NCBI GenBank assembly: GCA_965219455.1
Contig: OZ244744.1
Span: forward strand, 3,104,001-3,168,000
Direction of reading: 5' to 3'
Length of the DNA: 64,000 bases
Source: Candidatus Latescibacterota bacterium
GTDB lineage: Bacteria > Latescibacterota > UBA2968 > GCA-2709665
Below, in pieces: positions 1 to 9,539 of the stretch (positions are counted from its first letter, which is position 1; each line of letters begins with the position of its first letter). A program made the position numbers and the translations under genes. The notes beneath the pieces were generated by a model. It did no database searches. It was not told where the DNA came from and worked only from the letters and a program-made list of their open reading frames with translations.

Positions 1-262
<262 letters not shown>

Positions 263-332
263 TTACCTCCCGTTAGATGTTCTGGATATGGCGCAACCCT
301 ACGGAACCGTTGCAAGCCTGGTGTATTGTTGG

Positions 333-740
333 CGTATAGGAAGAAAATACGACGTTCTCTCGTTCACAGGCAAGGGGAATCTGGCGGGAAATGGGACAGG
401 TTCGGGCGTCCAGCCCCCGCAGGAGCGGTGCTACCGGGATGCGTGGCGGAGCATGCACCAGCCTGCTGCCGGATGCCGGGCGTCGGATACGTCGAATTGC
501 CGCGATGTGGGTCTGGCTGCCGGCGCAGGTGGCCATTCACGCCACGCGAGGACACAATTCTCCCCGGTCGCACGTAAGGCGGCCAAGGGAAAGGCCGGGT
601 TAGCCCGCGTGTTCGAATTCGGTCTGAGGTTGGAGCGTTAAGGTGTGATGGGTGGTGGACGCGAGGCAAGACCGGCCCCGGCGAGGCAGGTGCGAATGGC
701 CAGGGGCCGGATGAGTGCGGTGACGGTCTTCATCGAAGGA
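333..740 (-). mobile_element. IS91/ISCR-family remnant (degenerate transposase C-terminus plus oriIS-like end)
   Basis: Minus strand reads MKTVTALIRPLAIRTCLAGAGLASRPPPITP* and, frameshifted, PQTEFEHAG*. About 250 nt after the stop lies GTATTTTCTTCCTATACG (350-333), resembling the ISCR oriIS motif as I recall it. Confidence 0.5.
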
Positions 741-767
741 CCTGATTGAGGAAAGTGCAGGTGCCAA

Positions 768-1637
768 TCAGCGGATCTGGATGCGTAGTAATTTGCTCCG
801 GACTGCATCCAGGAATCTGTTTTTCTCTCGACGATTGAAATACTCAGCCGTCCGTTGTGCGCCGTATATATTGCCCAGGTGGAAAAGTCCTGCTATGGAA
901 ATTGCAAAGTAGGTCGTCAGGTGACTGTTTTTCTCACTCCGGTTAAATTTGTACATTGCGTAAGAAGAAAAGGCAAATGCCGTGACAAAACCCAATGCCT
1001 GTAGTCCATCGTAGTAGTGTTTAGAGTAAATCTGACCGCTTCCAGGCAGAAAGGCCGACATGGTGGCTGCCAAATGCGGATTTCTCCGGGGCAGATTACC
1101 TGCCTGCAAGGCATCCTGCGAAACATCACTGGCGATCTGTCCGACCAGAGTCTGTGGATGGGTCAGGGCAATTTCGCTGAAATCCTGGCTGGCTCTGCGC
1201 CAGTTGCCGGACTCCAGGATCAGCAGCCCCAGATAACAGGCGGCCAGGCCATTGCTGTCTATCGCTGCTGCCTGCCTCCAGTAACTCCGAGCCTTGGAAT
1301 GCAATTTCATTTGATAGTAATTCAGTCCCAGAAATATCAGTGCCTTGTAATGGTAGTTTTCTTCTATATTGGGATGGTTCAGCAGACGAGAAAGGAATGT
1401 TATGGAAGCTTTGTAGCGGTGACTATTGTAGTAGGACAAGGCAATCTGCGCCAGGCAGTACTGTTCAAGGGATCGCTTACCCGTATAGTACAAGGCTTCT
1501 TTGTAAGCCGATATCGCCCTATAAAAGTCCTTGTCTTTGAACAGATGGTCGGCGTAATCCAGTTGCGTTTGAGCCGGGATGGTGCTGTGAATCGCGAATA
1601 TCAGAATGACAACCGTGAGGACTCTGTTTCTATACAA
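768..1637 (-). CDS. Secreted TPR-repeat protein with C-terminal TM2-like membrane domain
   Basis: Signal-peptide-like N-terminus, helical repeats (ADHLF..DFYRAISAY), and LAATMSAFLPGSGQIY motif followed by hydrophobic segments. Confidence 0.7.
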   Translation of the reverse strand: MYRNRVLTVVILIFAIHSTIPAQTQLDYADHLFKDKDFYRAISAYKEALYYTGKRSLEQYCLAQIALSYYNSHRYKASITFLSRLLNHPNIEENYHYKALIFLGLNYYQMKLHSKARSYWRQAAAIDSNGLAACYLGLLILESGNWRRASQDFSEIALTHPQTLVGQIASDVSQDALQAGNLPRRNPHLAATMSAFLPGSGQIYSKHYYDGLQALGFVTAFAFSSYAMYKFNRSEKNSHLTTYFAISIAGLFHLGNIYGAQRTAEYFNRREKNRFLDAVRSKLLRIQIR

Positions 1638-1659
1638 TTCGACCTCCGTTCAGACCGGC

Positions 1660-2187
1660 CTATTTGGTGGGGGAGAACTGGACGATGCAGAGCCTCGAGT
1701 ATTGTCTTGAATTTTCCGGTGGGCCTACGATGCTGGTCGACAGCTGCTGGTAACCGGGAGTTTGAAGATGAGGTTTATCAGTTTCCGGATATAAGAAAAA
1801 ACTGTCATCCAGCTTTAGCACACCATCTTTCGATTCTCTTAGACCGTAATGCCAAAAACTGCTCGAGTTCTCCCGATAGAAGTACCGGTCAATGAAAACC
1901 GAAACACCCAGTATCAACCCGTACTTATCTATTGCCTGTCGGGCATAGTTAGAGCAGGATATATGAAACGGACAGCGACTTATGGAATTCGGTCCTATTT
2001 TTTTTTGATAAAACTGAATCATCCTGTCAGTTATCAGCCTTCCCAGACCTGGACGAGAAAAAAAACGGGCAGCAGGCAGGGAGATATCTTCCGGTTCCCA
2101 GGCCGATATTTCTATATAGTCATCCTGGGCACTCACAGTACTGGAAACAAAAAAACATGCAATCAGAAAGGTGGCTGCTTTTCCCAT
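1660..2187 (-). CDS. YidD-like (membrane protein insertion efficiency factor domain) protein with signal peptide
   Basis: YQKKIGP..SRCPFHISCSNYARQAIDKYGLILG matches the YidD C-x-F-x-x-SCS-x-Y pattern. Confidence 0.75.
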   Translation of the reverse strand: MGKAATFLIACFFVSSTVSAQDDYIEISAWEPEDISLPAARFFSRPGLGRLITDRMIQFYQKKIGPNSISRCPFHISCSNYARQAIDKYGLILGVSVFIDRYFYRENSSSFWHYGLRESKDGVLKLDDSFFLYPETDKPHLQTPGYQQLSTSIVGPPENSRQYSRLCIVQFSPTK

Positions 2188-2191
2188 TGAC

Positions 2192-2800
2192 TTACTGCCT
2201 GATGAAAGGCACGGTCAAAGTTCTTACATGGCCATGATGGCGAGTGTGGAATACCAAATAAGTCTCGTTGATATTCTGATTTGAGAGCGCTGTGACCAGA
2301 TTGATGGCAATCTGACCCGCACCAAGATCTCTCACGGGGCTAAAGAGGCGGTTTACGCCGAAGCCCTCACCGCCTATCCAACGTAAGTCGCAACCACTTA
2401 AGTCGCAATCATCCGAGTCGCAATCATCCGAGCCGCAATCATTCGAGTCACAATCATTTGGGTCGCAGAGGTCGAAAGACCAGTCAGAATCTCTCTTCTT
2501 TTCCTTCTCCTCCTTTTTCTCTTCCTCCTCCTTTTTAAATACAAAGGGATTCTGCTCTTTGTAACCTGGCAGGATAAATAACACGGAAAAGTCACCCCCG
2601 GGTGGAATCCTGACAGTGGCCGGGGTAACACCTCGAAACACTTCAACGCCTTCAGAGTTCCTCAAAACAACCTCGGCATTGTTTTGCGTAGAACGAGTCA
2701 AGGCATTTTGTTTAAATGTCGTGGCACAGCCGACAAACGCCAGCAAGAATATCACGATACAAAAGGCGGATACCCCTCGAGCTAATGAACCAATAGACAT
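2192..2800 (-). CDS. Lipoprotein with PEGA-like segment and Cys/Asp pentapeptide repeats
   Basis: Start moved to ATG 2800 (AGGAGG upstream). Lipobox LAFVG-C, GVTPATVRI, a KKEEEEKKEE tract, then CDPND-CDSND-CGSDD-CDSDD-CDLSG-CDL. Confidence 0.65.
   Translation of the reverse strand: MSIGSLARGVSAFCIVIFLLAFVGCATTFKQNALTRSTQNNAEVVLRNSEGVEVFRGVTPATVRIPPGGDFSVLFILPGYKEQNPFVFKKEEEEKKEEKEKKRDSDWSFDLCDPNDCDSNDCGSDDCDSDDCDLSGCDLRWIGGEGFGVNRLFSPVRDLGAGQIAINLVTALSNQNINETYLVFHTRHHGHVRTLTVPFIRQ
2385..2468. repeat. 15-bp imperfect tandem repeat, about 5.5 copies (GAGTCGCAATCATCC)
   Basis: Units start at 2385, 2400, 2415, 2430, 2445 and 2460 and encode the C-D-x-x-D repeats. Confidence 0.9.
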
Positions 2801-3184
2801 GTCGAGGCCTCCTATGGTTAAAGTTAGTCCATCATTCAGTTGGAAACTCAAACCCAAATTTAATGGCTGGACGATGCACAGGTTTTGCACCTGCTTCTAT
2901 CGTTGTCGGGAGATTCAAGATCATGTCGACAATTCATGAGAATCAGACGTGATCATTAAAATAGATTAATCACACGGACAAGTGATGTCAACACCTAAGG
3001 TTTGTCCAATAATTCGAGAATTTGTCCCATCCTCCACTTTTTTCGATTTGAGGTCGGATTGTCTCCATATTTTGCTTGAAATATCCTCCTGAACTACCGT
3101 TCCGGGGCAGCGGTGTTGACCGCCGCCGCCGAATTCCATGGCGGCAGTATCGAAAGCGTCAACTTCACGCCCGCGGTCGAGCGC

Positions 3185-3297
3185 GCCAACGCGGCTTGCA
3201 GCATCCGCCTGGCACCAACACGAATCAGGGCTTCCAGGCTCAACGACACTTCATCTTTGACTATCGTCTCAACTTCGGAGGCTGTATATTGTCTCAT
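3185..3297 (-). mobile_element. IS256-family transposase N-terminal fragment
   Basis: MRQYTASEVETIVKDEVSLSLEALIRVGARRMLQAAL resembles the IS256 N-terminal 'GARRML.AAL' helix, then similarity breaks off. Confidence 0.5.
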
Positions 3298-3486
3298 CGA
3301 GCGTATCCTTTCTCCCTCGTCTGAGGGATCTCGGGTTAATTGTGATACTATAGGATACGCTCTTTTTTTTATCTCATCCACAACTATTGAATATAACTCT
3401 GGCATTTCTGAAAATGAGCAAGTTCGATATCGCCGAGTTGGAGAAGGCGTTTCGCAATGCGTAAGCCCAGGCCGAAAGGAAAACCC

Positions 3487-3675
3487 ATGCACAAGACCAA
3501 CCAGTTGAGAGCCGGAGCGGCGATGATTGACATCACGCCACCGACGCGGGCCGCCTACGCCCGAGGCGGACACGAGGCCAACAAAGACGTGACCTACTGG
3601 GCCAAACTCGCCCCCGGCTGCCTTGAAACCGTGGTTGAGCGGGCCCGGACGCTGGTACAAGACCTGTTTGTATGA
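3487..3675 (+). pseudogene. Internally deleted copy of the 7463-8878 ceramidase-like gene
   Basis: MHKTNQLRAGAAMIDITPP is fused in frame to TRAAYARGGHEANKDVTYWAKLAPG..., the N- and C-termini of 7463-8878. 189 bp versus 1416 bp. Confidence 0.9.
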
Positions 3676-3767
3676 ACGATTTATCGGGCTACGTCCAGGA
3701 TGTGGAACGTCGAAAATGTAATTGTCCACAGACAAAACGCAGATTCATAACCGGGAAAAAGTAAACA

Positions 3768-4361
3768 ATGCCGCGCAAAAACAGGGTCCTCAGCGTCGAC
3801 GATACGACCCCCTTATTTACCCTCCCCTCGCATCAGCAACGACACGTGTCGCTGGCATCCCATCGGGAAAACGAACACGTCGTTCTGACGTTTTTTCGGG
3901 GGACCTGGTGAAGGAGAAGCCGTCGTCAGTTGGCGACTGTGCAAGAACATATAGACGCTTACGCCGAACGTAACGCGACATCTATTGCTATCGCCGCAGG
4001 GCGGCAGCTTTGCGAACTGCGCGAATATGCCGAACGCAGTGGCATCACCTATCCTCTTTTGCCGGACGAAGACTGGAGCATCATCAAGAGTTATGGGGTA
4101 TATCACGGGTTCGGCCTGGCGATGCACAACCTCGCTTACAACATCGTCCGCCCCACGACGTTCATCATCGACAATCTCGGCTATCCTTTACACAACTGGA
4201 TCGGCCTGGCGGATCACAATCTCAGCAACAGCATTGCCCGCCCGGCGACGTTCATCATCGATAGCTTCGGCACTATCAGATATATGTACATCGGCTCGAA
4301 TCAGTTTGATTTGGCCGAACAGGAAGAAATTCTCGAACATTTGAATTCGCTGACGCGGTGA
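3768..4361 (+). CDS. AhpC/TSA peroxiredoxin-like protein, candidate selenoprotein (Sec at codon 48)
   Basis: ATG 3768 gives MPRKNRVLSVDDTTPLFTLPS...VSL...VVLTFFRGTW-[TGA 3909-3911]-RRSRRQL, in frame with the 3930-4361 ORF (YPLLPD, RPATFIID..G.IRY). The TGA is at the first Cys of the usual RGxWCxxC motif. Confidence 0.8.
3919..3940 (+). promoter_or_regulatory. Bacterial SECIS-like hairpin
   Basis: GTCGTC (3922-3927) pairs with GGCGAC (3932-3937) around loop AGTT. The loop follows 16 nt after the TGA and has G at its second position. Confidence 0.65.
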
Positions 4362-4364
4362 GGT

Positions 4365-4610
4365 CCGAATGAGTAATTTCGTCGCCGCGACCCGGTCAGG
4401 TAGAACCACTTGCCCGACGGCCACAGTCCGCGATTGAGGACGTCGCCCGAGTGCTTGATTTCGGCCGAATGGCCGCGCCAATCGGTGTGCCACCCTACGG
4501 GAGCCGAACCAGTCCGGCGGATGATGGCAGCTGAGCGGTGGATCGTCAACTCGTCGGTGGCAATCAGGTGCCGGTTAATAACCATGAAGGGCTCGTAGTC
4601 GAGCACCTCG
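4365..4610 (-). pseudogene. PhyH-family dioxygenase internal fragment
   Basis: IHRSAAIIRRTGSAPVGWHTDW...KWFYLTG carries an HxD motif but lacks a proper N- and C-terminus. Confidence 0.55.
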
Positions 4611-4737
4611 CAAGCACCCGGCGGTAGCCCAAGTCCGGCTTTTGAATGTGCGAATAGTCTGCCATGACTTTCCTCCATACAAGTGCCCGGTTATTAGAGT
4701 CGCGATTGGCGGGGTAGCGGGAAAATACATGGCCCTG

Positions 4738-6282
4738 TTAGAAGCGCTGCGCCTGAGCACCGTTTGCAAGCGCCAGCTCGTAGCAGGCAGCCTCGCTGTC
4801 CGTGCGCACTAACAGATAGGGTGTGGCAAAGGCCGGGGGATTCCAGGTTTTGCCGTCGAAGGCCGTCATGCGCGCTAGTTCTACGTGGCGGTCGGGGCGA
4901 GCCTCGACCAGTAACACGTCACCCGATTCGCTCATTATCAGCAGGATATCGTCTATCAGGATGAGCTGGCCGTGGCCGTAGCGCCCGCGCTTCCAGCGAC
5001 GCTTGCCGTCTTGCGGGTCGAGGCAGACCAGTACCCCATCGTCGAGGCCATAGACAAAACCATCGCAATAGACCATGTTGGCAAATTTGGCCTTGATCCG
5101 GGGGCTTTTCCAGACGATATCGGTCGTCAACTCGCCGTTGGGCGCGGCATTCACTTGATACAGCTTGGCTCCAATGCCGTAGCCGGTGGAGACCAGAACC
5201 CGGTTCCCGGGCAAGGGCAGGGGATTGGCAATGCATTCAACCCGATCCCAGGGCTGACGCCAAAGGGGAGTTCCGCTCTGCGGATCGTGCGCGACAACGC
5301 TGTGGTTGTTGAAGATCAGGATCTGCTCGCGTCCAGCCAACGTGACCAGACGCGGCGAACTGAAGCCGGCCTTGTCTGTGCCCCCACCCCAGACAAATGC
5401 GCCGTTTTGGCGGTGATAGGCCACGAGCGAGCGCTCATCCGAGCCTCCGGCACTGACCACGACCAAGGTGTCGAGGACCAACGGCGAACAGCTAATGCCC
5501 CACATATGGGCCTCAGCCTGGTTGGCGGCGAGGATGTCCCGCGACCAAATCAGCGCCCCGCTGGCCAGATCCAGGCAGTTGAGGATGCCAGTAGCGCCCA
5601 GCGTGAAAACCCGGTCTCCAGCGATGGTGGGCGTAGCGCGCGGGCCGACGCCGGCTACGGCGGTCTCGTAGCGAGTCGAGTCGGCGTGTTGCCAGAGCTT
5701 GCGGCCCGTTGCCAAGTCGTAGCAGACGACCTGCTCCTCGGGGCCGTGTTGCTCCTGGGTTACGGCCCGGCCGCCGACAATGGCAAAGGAGGACCAGGCT
5801 GCGCCGACGGGGCGACGCCAGATTTCGCGCGGCGGGTGCTTGGCCCAGTCGGGCTCGAGGTGGACGCCGCGGAGGCGGTTGTTGCGTTCGGGGCCGAGAA
5901 ATTGCGGCCAATCGCGGGCGTCGAGCGCGGTGGCGTCCCCTCCTTCGACCTCGGTGGCTTCCCCTTTGGTGCTCCAACGCCATTCGAGGACCGGTACGAA
6001 GTCGCCGCTCATACCCTTAATGCGAATAAGTCCAATACCAAGCGCAATGACGAGGACGGCACCGCCGAAATAGCGCAGACGCCGTCCCCAGGCCAGCCGC
6101 GACGCGAAGAGCAACCAGAGCAAAGCAAAGAAAATCGCGAGAATGAAGGTGGCCATGCTGCGCATGACCTGTTGCTGGCGATGGGGGGCTTCGGGCAACC
6201 AGATCAGCAGGAGCGCCAGGACGACGATGCCTCCGAGGAAATAGAGAGGCCATAAGCGAGGGCGAGCCGAGGACATGGGCAT
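4738..6282 (-). CDS. Membrane-anchored PQQ-like beta-propeller (BamB-like) protein, copy 1
   Basis: Three N-terminal TM segments, DWPQFLGPERN, GPRATPTI, and repeated LDL.SG..W blades. Confidence 0.85.
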   Translation of the reverse strand: MPMSSARPRLWPLYFLGGIVVLALLLIWLPEAPHRQQQVMRSMATFILAIFFALLWLLFASRLAWGRRLRYFGGAVLVIALGIGLIRIKGMSGDFVPVLEWRWSTKGEATEVEGGDATALDARDWPQFLGPERNNRLRGVHLEPDWAKHPPREIWRRPVGAAWSSFAIVGGRAVTQEQHGPEEQVVCYDLATGRKLWQHADSTRYETAVAGVGPRATPTIAGDRVFTLGATGILNCLDLASGALIWSRDILAANQAEAHMWGISCSPLVLDTLVVVSAGGSDERSLVAYHRQNGAFVWGGGTDKAGFSSPRLVTLAGREQILIFNNHSVVAHDPQSGTPLWRQPWDRVECIANPLPLPGNRVLVSTGYGIGAKLYQVNAAPNGELTTDIVWKSPRIKAKFANMVYCDGFVYGLDDGVLVCLDPQDGKRRWKRGRYGHGQLILIDDILLIMSESGDVLLVEARPDRHVELARMTAFDGKTWNPPAFATPYLLVRTDSEAACYELALANGAQAQRF

Positions 6283-6886
6283 TGATCCGTTGTGTTAGAC
6301 GCCGCCGGTGACGGTCTCCAAGCGGACCCAATCGCCGCTTGCGACCGAGCGGGCAATGGCGGCCATCGCCCGCATAGCTTGAGTTCCATCCTCCACACTT
6401 GGCGGTCTTTGTTCACGCACTTTCGGTGGGCAAAATGGCGTAGGCTTCGATCTCGACGACCAGATGCGGCTTTAGCAGCGCAGCTATGATGACCAGGGTC
6501 GAAGCCGGCAAAATCTCGCCAAATACCTCGTGGTGAGCGCGGGTGACGCCAGCAGCATGAGCCGCATCCGTGATGTACACGACCGTTCGCACCACGTCGT
6601 CGAGGCTGGCACCGGTTTCGTCGAGCGCTTTGGCGATGATCTGTAACGCGCCCCTGGCCTGCTCGTAGGCATCGCCCTGGTCGTCAGGCGGCTGGGCGCA
6701 GGTGCCAGCGACGTGGACGTGCCGGTCCACGCGCACGGCGCGCGAGTAACCGAATTCCGCGCCAAATGCGCTGCTGGTAGCTATGTTTTTGCGTTTCATG
6801 GGTCTCCTTTATCCATGGCTTCCTCTGCCTCCACCCACTCCTCCAAGAGGGCCGCCAACGTACGCTCGATATCCGCCTGTTCGCAT
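4761..6886. repeat. ~2.1-kb direct repeat, copy 1 (copy 2 at 9571-11729)
   Basis: Beta-propeller, RidA and stub are collinear and nearly identical by eye, with scattered substitutions and intergenic indels. Confidence 0.95.
6413..6799 (-). CDS. RidA/YjgF-family protein, copy 1
   Basis: GYSRAVRV..HVHVAGT, DVVRT..Y, PAST, VEIEA. Confidence 0.9.
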   Translation of the reverse strand: MKRKNIATSSAFGAEFGYSRAVRVDRHVHVAGTCAQPPDDQGDAYEQARGALQIIAKALDETGASLDDVVRTVVYITDAAHAAGVTRAHHEVFGEILPASTLVIIAALLKPHLVVEIEAYAILPTESA

Positions 6887-6890
6887 CTGC
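6796..6890 (-). pseudogene. Truncated 3' end of a coiled-coil gene (ABC-F/Uup C-terminal-like)
   Basis: EQADIERTLAALLEEWVEAEEAMDKGDP*, with the stop overlapping the RidA ATG. The same stub occurs at 11639-11750. Confidence 0.45.
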
Positions 6891-7039
6891 TTTTCTCCTT
6901 CAATAATTCGACAGTAAAGGTATAACTAAAGGAAATCAAAATCAAAGCCCAAGTGCGCCTGTTCAATGTGCTGGGTGTATAGCAACCCATAGCCCCGTTG
7001 GAAGTACGGTTCAGGAAGAACGAGCTGCTTCCTCCGTTT

Positions 7040-7394
7040 TGCCAATATTGCATCGTCTCCCTACCCCCTCCGCCGCAGTTCGAGTTCGCCGCCTGGCCTC
7101 CTACGCGATTCGCTCCCTGCGTGAGCCGTACGGAGGAGTGCGCCATCAAGTGCCATGCCGATCCCTGAAACGCGACAAAATCCTTTACCGCGGTACTCTG
7201 AGCATTCACGAACGATTCTGTGGGACGACAGGCGATTCATGAGGGACCCTGCTGGATCCTTGCGTACGTTTTCGGCGAACTGCATATTACCAATATCGGT
7301 ACCTTATTTTTCCTCAGGCCGAACAACGCACACGTTCGCGTGACCGCCTGGATCCTTTCCAAATCAGCCAAAATTCCGTTTATCCTGCCTATGC
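7040..7394 (+). mobile_element. Second IS91/ISCR-family remnant
   Basis: PPPQFEFAA-like C-terminus at about 7066-7095, and oriIS-like GTTTATCCTGCCTATGC at 7378-7394, about 280 nt later. Same layout as 333-740. Confidence 0.4.
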
Positions 7395-7462
7395 ACCAGA
7401 GGCGCTGACCGACGCCGAGCCTTTTGTGCGCTTTGACGCCCTCGGCGTCGAAAGGAAAAACC

Positions 7463-8878
7463 ATGCATGAGACCAATCTGCTGAGAGCCGGAGCGGCGAT
7501 GATTGACATCACGCCACCGCCGGGGACGCATCTGGCGGGAAGCGGGGCTGGCGAGCACCGCCCGGCCCAAACCGTGATGGATCCGCTTTTTGCCAAGGCC
7601 ATCGTCTTTGAAGTCGGCCAGCGGCGCGTCTGCATGGTGATCCTGGATCTCACCATTGTCACCTGGGACTACACGGACCAGATCCGCGCCGCTATCGGCG
7701 GGCATACGGGCATCGCACCGGAGGCGATCATGGTCCAGGCGACCCAGACGCACTCCGCCCCGAGCCTCGGCTACTTTATGCTGGATCCGGATTTCCCTTT
7801 GGAGACCCACGCGGAGACGGAGTATCTGCGCGGAGGCGAGCGCGCCTACGGCGACCGGGTTGCTGCCGCCGCAGTGGAGGCTGCGGTCGAAGCGGTGGGC
7901 AAGCTGCAACCCGTGCGCATCGGTTTGGGGCGCGGCGTGTTGGGGGACCTGGCTTTCAATCGCCGCGGCATACGCCGGGACGGCGCCATCGCCATGCCCA
8001 AGCCGCTGGGCCGGGAACAACAGCCGTTCGGGAACGCGGATATCTGCTATCTCGAAGGGCCGATGGACCCGGAAGTCGGCGTGTGCTGCGTCCAGGACAT
8101 GGATATGCGGCCGGTGGCCTTTCTCCTGCACTACACCTGTCACCCGGTCAATGCGTTCGGAAATCCCAAGTCCTACCGGACGGTGTCGGCGGATTGGCCT
8201 GGCGCCTGGACGCGGGAGATGCAGCAGCTGTTCGGCTTCGACGCGGTGCCGTTGGTCGTCAACGGCTGTTGCGGCAACATCAACCCCTGGCATCCTTTCG
8301 ACCCGGATTGCCGGCCGGACCACCGGCGAATGGGGCGCGAATTGGCGCAGATGAGCGAACGAATTGTTCACAATATGGCGTTTACCAACAACGCTGCGTT
8401 GGCTTGCAGCGTCGAAAAGGTAGGCCTGCCCTTCCGCGAGATTCCGGCCAAGCGCTTGCGCGAGGTCAATGCGATTCTCACTGAGAATCCACAACCGCCG
8501 CGCGGAGCAAACGGCGAAGTGGATCCGCACTGGTTTCGGGCCGCTTCGACCCGCAGCGTCGAACTATGCCGGCAGCGGGACGCCGAGTTCCCCTATGAAA
8601 TCCAGGCTTTCCGCATCGGCGACCTGGGCGTTATCGGCCTGCCCGGAGAACCGTTTGTCGAAGGACAACTCGCACTCAAAACGAACTCGGCGGCGCCCTT
8701 TCTCTTTCCGGCGCACCTTACGACGCACTATGTCGGCTACCTGCCGACGAGGGCGGCCTACGCCCGAGGCGGACACGAGGCCAACGAAGACGTTACCTAC
8801 TGGGCCAAGCTCGCCCCCGGCAGCCTCGAAACCGTGGTCGAACAGGCTCGGACGCTGGTACAAGAGCTGTTTGTATGA
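7463..8878 (+). CDS. Neutral/alkaline ceramidase-like metallohydrolase
   Basis: ATG 7463 after AAAGGA. Motifs AG.A.IDITPP, DPL.AKA, ATQTHSAP, FNRR, HYTCHP, SADWPG, GCCGNINP, LPGEPF, VGYLPT. Confidence 0.8.
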   Translation: MHETNLLRAGAAMIDITPPPGTHLAGSGAGEHRPAQTVMDPLFAKAIVFEVGQRRVCMVILDLTIVTWDYTDQIRAAIGGHTGIAPEAIMVQATQTHSAPSLGYFMLDPDFPLETHAETEYLRGGERAYGDRVAAAAVEAAVEAVGKLQPVRIGLGRGVLGDLAFNRRGIRRDGAIAMPKPLGREQQPFGNADICYLEGPMDPEVGVCCVQDMDMRPVAFLLHYTCHPVNAFGNPKSYRTVSADWPGAWTREMQQLFGFDAVPLVVNGCCGNINPWHPFDPDCRPDHRRMGRELAQMSERIVHNMAFTNNAALACSVEKVGLPFREIPAKRLREVNAILTENPQPPRGANGEVDPHWFRAASTRSVELCRQRDAEFPYEIQAFRIGDLGVIGLPGEPFVEGQLALKTNSAAPFLFPAHLTTHYVGYLPTRAAYARGGHEANEDVTYWAKLAPGSLETVVEQARTLVQELFV

Positions 8879-8929
8879 ACGATCCGGGGTACATCCAAGC
8901 GGAACCCGCGGCTGAATCGAGCTGAGGGG

Positions 8930-9070
8930 CTGCTGGCGCTCAGTCGGCAGGTGCGGGCGGTGGATGTCGCGCCGACGCTGTGCTACTTGCTCGGCATCCC
9001 CATGCCCGAGCAGGTGGGGGGCGGCGTGGTCTACGAGGCGCTTGAAGACGCAGACTGGCACCTGCGATGA
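8930..9070 (+). pseudogene. Alkaline phosphatase/phosphodiesterase-superfamily C-terminal fragment
   Basis: RQVRAVDVAPTLCYLLGIPMPEQVGGGVVYEAL...* with no upstream body. Confidence 0.6.
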
Positions 9071-9136
9071 AGGCGGCCTGCTACTGCGGCGACAGCACGG
9101 TCGAAATTTGAATCGACACCCAAGGGCGGAGGATGT

Positions 9137-9511
9137 ATGAGTGAAAGTGAACGCTACGAAGCAGGGCGCAGAGTTCTCTCGACGATGCTCGGAGAGGCCG
9201 CTGCAGAGGCCTCTGCCAAGAAGATGCGCACACTTCATCCCGAGTTCGAGCGACTCGTGATGGAGCACGTGATGCATGACCTGTACGGACGGGACGGGCT
9301 GGACATCAAGACCCGTCTGCTGTGCACGATCGCGGCCTTGACGGTTCTCGGCAGGCCGGAACAACTTGCTGTTCACATCGACCGAGCCCTTGGTTGTGGA
9401 TCCACAAGGACGGAGATTGAGGAGGTCATGTTGCAGATGAGCGCTTTCGGCGGATTTCCGGCGACGTGGGATGCTCTGACCGTTCTTCAAGGACAGAACC
9501 AGGGGGAATAA
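9137..9511 (+). CDS. Carboxymuconolactone decarboxylase (CMD) family protein
   Basis: GGAGG RBS; LYGRDGLDIKTRLLCTIAAL, QLAVHIDRAL, EIEEV, GGFPA. Confidence 0.85.
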   Translation: MSESERYEAGRRVLSTMLGEAAAEASAKKMRTLHPEFERLVMEHVMHDLYGRDGLDIKTRLLCTIAALTVLGRPEQLAVHIDRALGCGSTRTEIEEVMLQMSAFGGFPATWDALTVLQGQNQGE

Positions 9512-9539
9512 CAAGGGGATTTCTTTAAGCTCGACGGAC

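Noticed and set aside
2385-2468. Short regular repeats as a possible CRISPR array
   Set aside because: The 15-bp units are contiguous with no spacers, lie in a coding frame, and no cas genes are present.
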